From the IMG/VR virus record IMGVR_UViG_3300032093_000005: a stretch of 64,000 nucleotides of DNA; one strand, 5' to 3'. A program made the position numbers and the translations under genes. Of this stretch, positions 57,102 to 64,000 are shown piece after piece. Positions within the stretch are counted from its first letter, which is position 1. Each line of letters starts with the position of its first letter. The notes under the pieces are model-generated. The model was not told the origin of the DNA and ran no database searches. It worked only from the letters and a program-made list of their open reading frames with translations. The DNA is from a virus. Taxonomy: Duplodnaviria; Caudoviricetes.

Positions 57102-57185
57102 AGTATTTAGAAAATCATTATCTTTTTTTAGTATAGCACTCCTGGTCTTTGACTGCAAATCTAAATAGTCAAATAAAGAATTCTT

Positions 57186-57611
57186 ATGGATTGGCAATAT
57201 AATGGAGAAGTCTTTACCGATGTTCCCAAAGGGATGGAAGGGTTTGTTTATATAATTACGAATCTTACGAACAATAAAAAATACATTGGTAAAAAACATT
57301 TCTGGACAAGACAAAAGAACAAAAAAACAGGAAGAAGAAAGACCGAAGAGTCTGATTGGAAAAACTACTTCGGATCTTGTGATGAACTTAATGAAGATGT
57401 AAAGAAATTAGGTAGAGAACATTTTCTTCGTGAAATCCTCTACCTATGTCCTCATAAGAAATCTATGAGTTATTATGAAACTTATGAACAGTTTAATCGT
57501 AATGTACTGATGAGTGAAGAATATTATAATACAAATATTGGTGGAACCTTTTATATGAGCGAATCTGAAAGAATTTATGGCATCGTTCTTAAGTCTTCTA
57601 AGATTAGCTAA
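57186..57611 (+). CDS. GIY-YIG-like nuclease-domain protein
   Basis: GFVY.ITN..N.KKYIGKK..YYE..YYN; TAAATA upstream. Confidence 0.75.
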   Translation: MDWQYNGEVFTDVPKGMEGFVYIITNLTNNKKYIGKKHFWTRQKNKKTGRRKTEESDWKNYFGSCDELNEDVKKLGREHFLREILYLCPHKKSMSYYETYEQFNRNVLMSEEYYNTNIGGTFYMSESERIYGIVLKSSKIS

Positions 57612-57694
57612 AGCCTCATCTTCAACCGGGACAAAGGTAGTCTAGACAAAAAAAGGGGACTTGTCAAGCCCCCTTTGAAGATGTTATAATGTGA

Positions 57695-59155
57695 TCAATT
57701 CTGAGTTACATAATACTCAACCATATCATCCCAGGTATATTGTGAAAGATCATAACCTTCCTCTACAAGACCATTCACCCACTCTTGAATTTCTTCAGCA
57801 AGTAAATAATCCTCATATTGTTCCATGATTGTACCAATTGCAGTTTCATCCATTTCCATCATAATGTAATTTGCTTCGTCTAAGGTGTCTGCATGACCCT
57901 CAGACAGCAAGTAATTTAAAACAACATCGTAAGGTTGATATGATTCTTTTGCAGTTACAGGGGTTTTATTTTGCTGTTCCAATTTTTTCTGTTGCCTTTC
58001 TTGTTCTGCCTTTAAAGCATCTTCTACTGCTTTAGTATCAATTTTTCCAGGACCTTCCGGACCACCCATCAATTCTCCCTGACGCTGCTTAGATCTGTTG
58101 CCCATTTTACGAAGTTCTTCAGCATCTTTTTCCATTTGACTTTGACCAGTGCCCCTTTGAGTGCCATCTGGGTTTAGTTTAGCAGCAAGTTCTGGTTTTG
58201 CCTTTGCCCAAGTTTTTAGTCCTAGTTCTTCTGCTTCTTTAGTTTTTCCTTGTTTAATGAGTTCTTTATACTTAGAAGTTACAGAATCAGACTTTGGTTT
58301 TGTAGGTGTTGCAGTAGATCCTCCTCCACCACCGCCAGATCCAGAAGGTGTTGCAGGTGGTTTCGGTGATGCTGTTGGTGCTGCTGGTGTTGTTGTAGCT
58401 GGTTGTGGTGATCCTGTTGGTTTTGATCCAGAACCTGCACCTCCAAGTTTTGCTCCCATATATCCAGCAAGAACACCAGTACCTCCGATTAATGCACCTT
58501 TAGCAATTCCTGGAAGTACTGCTTTTGCTTTTGAAGCAACATCCTTTACTTTTTGAGTTGCTTGACTTAGTTTTGCCTTTGAAAGTAATTCTGCAGACTG
58601 CTTACCAGTCATTGGTTTTCCACCATCAACTGGTGATTTTGTTGGACTATATCCACCAACATTTCCTTTTCTCGCTTCCTTTTGAGCAAGATTTTGTATT
58701 CTTCTTCTTGCTACTTCAGGTCTTTTGGAATTTTGAATTATATTTGCAACTTTTTTTCTTGCAGGTTTTGATGCTATTCTTCCCGCAAGTTTAATGGCAC
58801 CACCTAACAATTTATCTGCCAAACCCTCATAAATTGCAACATCAAAAAGTTCTAATTGTTCTTGAATATAATCTTCAGAAACTACACTTTCGGTAAGAAT
58901 ACTTTCATCAAAACTCAAATACTTTTCAATAATTGTTTCTTCTGAAGAATCTGCAAGAAATCCAATAATACCTTCAGCACTATATCCTTCATAAACCATT
59001 GAAGTTGAAATAGTAGCAAGAATATCCTCTACTATTTCTGCTGCTTCCGCATCATAATATTGAGAATCTTCATTCAAAAAATCTTCCTGTTGGATATTGA
59101 TTTCTTCATACAAATACCCAACAGAATTAATGAAGTCTTGCGAAATTCTAGACAT
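57695..59155 (-). CDS. Low-complexity putative internal head protein (486 aa)
   Basis: Acidic EGY motifs, basic Pro/Ala core, TATAAATA 59186-59193. Confidence 0.6.
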   Translation of the reverse strand: MSRISQDFINSVGYLYEEINIQQEDFLNEDSQYYDAEAAEIVEDILATISTSMVYEGYSAEGIIGFLADSSEETIIEKYLSFDESILTESVVSEDYIQEQLELFDVAIYEGLADKLLGGAIKLAGRIASKPARKKVANIIQNSKRPEVARRRIQNLAQKEARKGNVGGYSPTKSPVDGGKPMTGKQSAELLSKAKLSQATQKVKDVASKAKAVLPGIAKGALIGGTGVLAGYMGAKLGGAGSGSKPTGSPQPATTTPAAPTASPKPPATPSGSGGGGGGSTATPTKPKSDSVTSKYKELIKQGKTKEAEELGLKTWAKAKPELAAKLNPDGTQRGTGQSQMEKDAEELRKMGNRSKQRQGELMGGPEGPGKIDTKAVEDALKAEQERQQKKLEQQNKTPVTAKESYQPYDVVLNYLLSEGHADTLDEANYIMMEMDETAIGTIMEQYEDYLLAEEIQEWVNGLVEEGYDLSQYTWDDMVEYYVTQN

Positions 59156-59198
59156 GGTTATGATTTTAATACCTTTTTATAAAGATATTTATAAAAAA

Positions 59199-60743
59199 TC
59201 ACTTACCAGGAAGTGCTTTTACCCCAAGTTTCTTATTGCGAGCAGCATCATTTTGTCTTGCTTTTTGAAGTGCTTGTTGTGCTTTTACAGCATCATGCTT
59301 CTTGTATGCACCTGCAAACATAGTTCTTCCAATTCTTTCTAATGGATTAGAAGAAGTTTTAGCAAGAGATTGAGCACTTGGCCCTGCCTTATAAACTGCT
59401 TTACCATCCTTAAACGCAAGATGTCCTGCTGTTGATTGCCCACCTCTTTGAACTACACCAGTTTTAGCAAGTTGAACAGTTTTTCTTTGTGATCCAGAAC
59501 CAGTTGACATAAATGCAGGACCACCTGGTTTTTTCTGACTAAATGATGTTTGTCCACCAATACCTTTAATTGCAGTTCCTGCTTGCTTTTGACGATTTGC
59601 TGTTGCCATTGCTTTTCTTTCAACCGCATTAGCACCAGCAACAACATCAAATGCCTTAGATGCTGCCATTGCAGCACCGGTTCCTGCTGCAAGAGATCCT
59701 ACTGGAGTAAGTGGAGCGCCTGCTGCTGCACCTAAAGCACCAGCACCACCAACTACAGCAGCTTTAAGTCCTGATCTCAACCAACCAGAACCTTTTGCTC
59801 TTTCATCAGCAACATCAAGTGCTGCTGCTGCAGGTCCAAGAAGTTTTCCACCGATTCTTCCAGCTCGTTTAAGTCCTGATGGAATTTTAATTTTTGGTCC
59901 AGTAGGTGGTTTTCCTCCAGTTTGTCCAACCGCAGGAAGTGCTGGTGGTTTTCCTCCAGAACCTCCAGAAGATGTTCTGGGTGTAGACGCTTTATCATAT
60001 GCACCTCTCATCATAGCTTCTGGGGGTGCCTGTGGATTAGTTCCACGAGTTGCTAATTTGCCGGCAGGTTGCTTGGCATCGTATGCTGCTGCTCTTGCTT
60101 CTTTTGCTGCTGCTCTGTTTCTTCGCTCAGCTGCTTCAAGTTCTGGAGTAAATTCTCGCCTACCACGACTACTAGTTGATCCTGAAGCAGGTAAAGCAAG
60201 TCTTGAAGGAGTTCCAGAAAGTGTTCTATTTCCATAAGGAACTCTACTTGAAGGTGGTTCTGGAGTTCCATATTTTTTTGGCGGGTTTCCAGGAAACTGT
60301 TGCCAAGCATCAGCAGCAGCTCCTGACGGTTTTCTTGCAGGACTTGCTACTGTAGTTGTTTTTCCTTGAGGACTTACTTCTGGTTGAGTTGTTTGAGATG
60401 CAATTTTATTAGTTTGCGAAACTTCTGGTGCTGCATTTGCCGATGCTCTTGCTCTTGCACTTCTAATTGCAGGAGCTCCTGCAGATCCTCGCAATGGTTG
60501 TCTCTGTCTCCCTAAAGCAGAAGGACCACCTAATCTTTGCTTGCTTCTGTTTGGTAGACTATTATATGTATCTCTATCTAATCTATCATCCAATCTTTTT
60601 AGTGGATCATTATTACCTAAAGCAACTGATCCTGCAAGAGGGGTAGTTGCAGCTGCTAATGCTGCTGCAGCTTCAAGATCTCTTTTCTTTTTTTCATCTT
60701 CATTCAAATATGACTCTTGTAAAAACTGACTAAAAGACTTCAT
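59199..60743 (-). CDS. Putative internal head protein with capsid-targeting-like N-terminus (514 aa)
   Basis: MKSFSQFLQESYLNE resembles T4 IP MKTYQEFIAE; TATAAATA 60764-60771. Confidence 0.6.
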   Translation of the reverse strand: MKSFSQFLQESYLNEDEKKKRDLEAAAALAAATTPLAGSVALGNNDPLKRLDDRLDRDTYNSLPNRSKQRLGGPSALGRQRQPLRGSAGAPAIRSARARASANAAPEVSQTNKIASQTTQPEVSPQGKTTTVASPARKPSGAAADAWQQFPGNPPKKYGTPEPPSSRVPYGNRTLSGTPSRLALPASGSTSSRGRREFTPELEAAERRNRAAAKEARAAAYDAKQPAGKLATRGTNPQAPPEAMMRGAYDKASTPRTSSGGSGGKPPALPAVGQTGGKPPTGPKIKIPSGLKRAGRIGGKLLGPAAAALDVADERAKGSGWLRSGLKAAVVGGAGALGAAAGAPLTPVGSLAAGTGAAMAASKAFDVVAGANAVERKAMATANRQKQAGTAIKGIGGQTSFSQKKPGGPAFMSTGSGSQRKTVQLAKTGVVQRGGQSTAGHLAFKDGKAVYKAGPSAQSLAKTSSNPLERIGRTMFAGAYKKHDAVKAQQALQKARQNDAARNKKLGVKALPGK

Positions 60744-60820
60744 CTTCTTCTTACTTTTTTAGTTATTTATAAAAAAAGAGGGTTGGTTAGACCCTCTGAT
60801 AAACTATTTAAAAAATTGTA

Positions 60821-61900
60821 TCACGCACCTCTTACTTGTGAAGATGCTCCAGAACTACCCTTTTTTTCTTGCTCAATCTTTTTTCTCTCATCCTCACGCA
60901 CTTTTAAAGTTGCTCTTCTTTGCAGTTCTGCACCAGCCATATTAGCACCGAAAGAACCATAAGCTTCCACAATACTTTGTCTCCATTCTTCACTCATATT
61001 TGCCATAATGACTGCTGCTGCTTCTTCAGTTTCAGCATAACCTTCGTCAATTAGATAACCTTGAACGATATCGAATAGGTCTAAGTCCATATTCAATCTG
61101 CGCTGTCTAATTTGCTGTTGAAGATTTGGTTTTGATGTAGTAGCAGCAGGAGCAGGAGTTGTTGCCGCAGCAGGAGCAGATGTTGTAGGTCTAGTTGCAA
61201 GTGCTCCAGTACCAGTCAAGTTTGCACCTGTTGCTCTAAGTTGCTGTGCTTGTCTAAGTTCAGCAGAAGTTGGAGTTCTTCTTTCAATACCACCGACTAA
61301 TGGTTTACCTGTTGGTCCTAGTTGTGGTTTAGGAGCAGGTGCAGAAGCAGGTCTTGTAGATGTTTGTACTGCAGGTCTTGCAGGTGCAGAAGCAGGTGCT
61401 TGTGTTGCAGGTCTTGCTGGTGCTTGCACTACAGGTCTCGTAGGTGCTGGTTGTCCAGGTCTCTGGAAAATAGGAGACATTCCTGGTTGAACTGGTTTAC
61501 CTTGAATATTAAAACCACCAGGACCAATTGTAAGTCCACGAAGATTTTGTGCAGATGCAGGTCTTGTGGATGCTTGTGCCTTTTGTCTTTGAAGATATTC
61601 ACCAGTAGTAGAAACTCTTCTATTTGCTTCTACTCCACCAATTCCTTGACGCATCAATTGTTGAACTTTTGCTTTTCCACCACCGGCATCAAATGCAGTT
61701 AATTCATTCAAATATTCTTCATACATATCTTCCCAAGTATATTCACTGAGGTCATAACCTTCTTCTACAAGTGAATTTACCCAGTTCTCAAAGTCCTCTT
61801 GAACTTGCTCTTCAGTCAGTTCAACCTCTTCTTGAGGAGCATAAACATTATTATATGCTTCCATCATATTAAAAGCATCAGTTCCAGTAATTCTAGACAT
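60821..61900 (-). CDS. Low-complexity putative internal head protein (359 aa)
   Basis: Shares acidic motifs with 57695-59155; TATAAATA 61929-61936. Confidence 0.6.
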   Translation of the reverse strand: MSRITGTDAFNMMEAYNNVYAPQEEVELTEEQVQEDFENWVNSLVEEGYDLSEYTWEDMYEEYLNELTAFDAGGGKAKVQQLMRQGIGGVEANRRVSTTGEYLQRQKAQASTRPASAQNLRGLTIGPGGFNIQGKPVQPGMSPIFQRPGQPAPTRPVVQAPARPATQAPASAPARPAVQTSTRPASAPAPKPQLGPTGKPLVGGIERRTPTSAELRQAQQLRATGANLTGTGALATRPTTSAPAAATTPAPAATTSKPNLQQQIRQRRLNMDLDLFDIVQGYLIDEGYAETEEAAAVIMANMSEEWRQSIVEAYGSFGANMAGAELQRRATLKVREDERKKIEQEKKGSSGASSQVRGA

Positions 61901-61949
61901 TTTTTCTTTTATGATTTTTCTATAATTTTATTTATAAAAAAAGAGGGTC

Positions 61950-62096
61950 TTAACGACCCTCTAACCATTCTTTCTTAAAATCATAATCACCAAACAGAAA
62001 CTCATCAGATTCTGCTGCTTCCTTATATGCGTTCAGGATTTCCTGTTCACACCATTCATCATAGTTGGAATCATCTTTGAGTATTTTAGGATTCAT
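61950..62096 (-). CDS. Small acidic protein MNPKILKDDSNYDEWCEQ (48 aa)
   Basis: Hand translation. Confidence 0.55.
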   Translation of the reverse strand: MNPKILKDDSNYDEWCEQEILNAYKEAAESDEFLFGDYDFKKEWLEGR

Positions 62097-62553
62097 TTTT
62101 TATAAATCTACCACTCTCATCTCTGGGAAGTTTTTTTCTTTTTCCTTCTGCCCAAACTTTTTTCATTGATTCACGCTTTCTTTCAATTTCCTCTGGAGTT
62201 TGTTTTCCAGGTCTTCCCATTTTATGAGCAGAGTTTGATTGCTTTTCTCTTATTTCTGGAGTTCTTTCATAAGGAGTATATAAATTTTTATATTGTTTTG
62301 GTGGTTTATCCCCACCATCAGTTTTATTTTCTAGAATTCCAGTTTTATTATTTAATCTGCCCCATTTAGAAATTAAATTAATTTCTTCATTTAATGCAGT
62401 TTCTTCATCAACATTTTGTAATGGAAAAATAACTCTTTCTGGTGGTGGAACCTCTACACTATGGGATTTTTGTTTCCACCTATCATTTTTCCCCTTACCA
62501 ACATAGTAGGGGGTTCCATCCTCTTTCAAATAAACATAAACATAATAATTCAT
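62086..62553 (-). CDS. GIY-YIG homing endonuclease
   Basis: YYVYVY..YYVGKG..RW; ATGA overlap with the nrdB stop. Confidence 0.82.
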   Translation of the reverse strand: MNYYVYVYLKEDGTPYYVGKGKNDRWKQKSHSVEVPPPERVIFPLQNVDEETALNEEINLISKWGRLNNKTGILENKTDGGDKPPKQYKNLYTPYERTPEIREKQSNSAHKMGRPGKQTPEEIERKRESMKKVWAEGKRKKLPRDESGRFIKNES

Positions 62554-63731
62554 AACTGAAATCCCGAGAAAGTGTCTTTAGTGACATCTTGTTTGATTCC
62601 ACCAACCACATAACTCTCCACTTCCGTTTCCTGGGGTGCCACTTGTAAATTTTTGGAATCAATCCAATGAGAAGTCCAAGGAAGAGGGTTATTCTTCGCA
62701 GGAATATCATAAAGTGGTTTGAGTCCAATTGCCTTCATTCTACGGTTTGCAATCCATTCGACATACTGTTGTAATAGTTTGTCATTAAGACCAATCATCG
62801 AACCATCCTTGAACAGATACTCTGCCCAAAGTTTTTCTTGGTTCACAGCGTTTTCAAAGGTCTTATAGAACCACTGCTCTTCTTCTTTACTGATACGTGC
62901 CATCTCAGGATCATCACCTTCTTTCCACTTGTTCAGAATGTTTTGAGTGATAACCAGATGCTGGTTCTCATCACGAGCAATCAGTGAGATGATCTTTGCA
63001 CTTCCTTCCATAAGCTTGAGTTCGCCAAACGCAAAACTACAAGCGAAGCTGACGTAAAAGCGAATACCTTCAAGAATATTAACGTTTGCAACTGCTCTGA
63101 ATAGTTTTCTCTTGAGTTCATACCTTGCTTCTCGTGCGTATGGTACTTGTTCTAATGCGTGAACCCACTCATTTGAATTGTCATACTGATGAGCACTATT
63201 GATGAAATCGTTGTATGCCTGAGTCACACTCACGGCACGTTCCATAATGCGGTCTTCTTTGAGAATGGTATCAAAAACTTCAGATGGGTCTGAGTAAACA
63301 TTCTTGATGATATAGGTGTATGAACGGGAATGGATCATCTCCATAAACTCCCATACCTTCATACACGCTTCCAGTTCAGGAAGTGAACAGTATGGAGCAA
63401 ATGCCATACCAGGTCCACGACCCTGAACGGAATCCAGCATTACCTGATACTTCAAGTTGCTGGTGAAGATGTGCTTTTGCTCTGGGCGTAGCATATGATA
63501 ATCACTACGATCTTTTTGAAGAGATACCTCTTCGGGTCTCCAGAAATAACCCAGTTGTTGTGTTGTTAGTTTATCAAAAATTGGATACTTGTAAGAGTCA
63601 TACCTTTGAATTCCTAATGGAGCGCCAAAAAACATTGGTTGTTTTTTAGTATCTACTTCATGAGGATTAAAAACGGTCATTGAATCGACCATTGGTTTAT
63701 CCTCCAAACCTGTTTTAAAACTAAATGTCAT
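62550..63731 (-). CDS. nrdB: Ribonucleotide reductase class Ia beta subunit
   Basis: FWRPEE, EMIHSRSY, LEGIRFY, RDENQH, QVAPQETE. Confidence 0.98.
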   Translation of the reverse strand: MTFSFKTGLEDKPMVDSMTVFNPHEVDTKKQPMFFGAPLGIQRYDSYKYPIFDKLTTQQLGYFWRPEEVSLQKDRSDYHMLRPEQKHIFTSNLKYQVMLDSVQGRGPGMAFAPYCSLPELEACMKVWEFMEMIHSRSYTYIIKNVYSDPSEVFDTILKEDRIMERAVSVTQAYNDFINSAHQYDNSNEWVHALEQVPYAREARYELKRKLFRAVANVNILEGIRFYVSFACSFAFGELKLMEGSAKIISLIARDENQHLVITQNILNKWKEGDDPEMARISKEEEQWFYKTFENAVNQEKLWAEYLFKDGSMIGLNDKLLQQYVEWIANRRMKAIGLKPLYDIPAKNNPLPWTSHWIDSKNLQVAPQETEVESYVVGGIKQDVTKDTFSGFQL

Positions 63732-63775
63732 AATTCTCCCTACTAAACTAACTCACACTGTAATATTTAACGAAG

Positions 63776-64000
63776 TTAAATTTTGCAACTTTCACAATCA
63801 TCATCACCACTCATAATGTCATCAAGAAGAGATTGAAGTTGTTGTTTTGGTTCTTCAACTTCGTCATTTTTCATATCGTGGGTATTTTGGTAATATGCTG
63901 TTTTCCAACCATAGCGATAACAAGTCAAAAGGTCCTGTGCCATCACTGAAGTAGGAACTTCATTATCGGCATAATTTTCTGGATTATACGACCAGTTTCC
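63776..64000 (-). CDS. nrdA: Ribonucleotide reductase alpha subunit, C-terminal fragment
   Basis: Hand translation GNWSYNPENY..YGWKTAYYQNT..DDCESCKI*. Confidence 0.95.
   Translation of the reverse strand, partial: GNWSYNPENYADNEVPTSVMAQDLLTCYRYGWKTAYYQNTHDMKNDEVEEPKQQLQSLLDDIMSGDDDCESCKI

Noticed and set aside
57102-57314. Long start for ORF 56901-57314
   Set aside because: Overlaps the divergent gene; a late promoter supports the ATG at 57101
58161-61702. Extra ORFs inside the low-complexity genes
   Set aside because: Stop-poor shadow frames of Ala/Pro-rich sequence

Overview
64 kb of an AT-rich T4-like cyanomyophage genome. The 16-aa D1 C-terminal extension points to a Synechococcus/Cyanobium-type host. 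Almost all genes are on the minus strand. Layout: (1) 1-12.5 kb, Thr/Gly-rich repetitive tail-fibre-like genes; (2) 13.6-18.7 kb, photosynthesis/redox island (psbD, intronless psbA with an F-CphI-like Endo VII nuclease, peroxiredoxin, two hli, petF); (3) 18.7-39.3 kb, a 22-gene nucleotide-sugar/glycosyltransferase cluster preceded by a manA/wcaG-type RNA; (4) 39.4-47.4 kb, small genes, gnd flanked by ndhP and an ndhQ-like ORF, dps, a cyanobacterial porin and 7 tRNAs; (5) 48-57.6 kb, secreted, outer-membrane and lysis genes; (6) 57.7-62 kb, low-complexity putative internal head proteins; (7) nrdB and the 3' end of nrdA. The strongest candidates for novelty are: four non-canonical structured RNAs interleaved with the tRNAs at 46.4-47.2 kb (tRNA-like RNAs, kissing-loop hairpins, a permuted G3.U70 acceptor-like helix); two related HNH genes whose stop codons lie inside the downstream tRNA; and the NdhP + NdhQ-like pair. 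All family assignments come from motif recognition by eye; no searches or folding programs were run. Many start codons were moved relative to the ORF track on RBS or overlap grounds.
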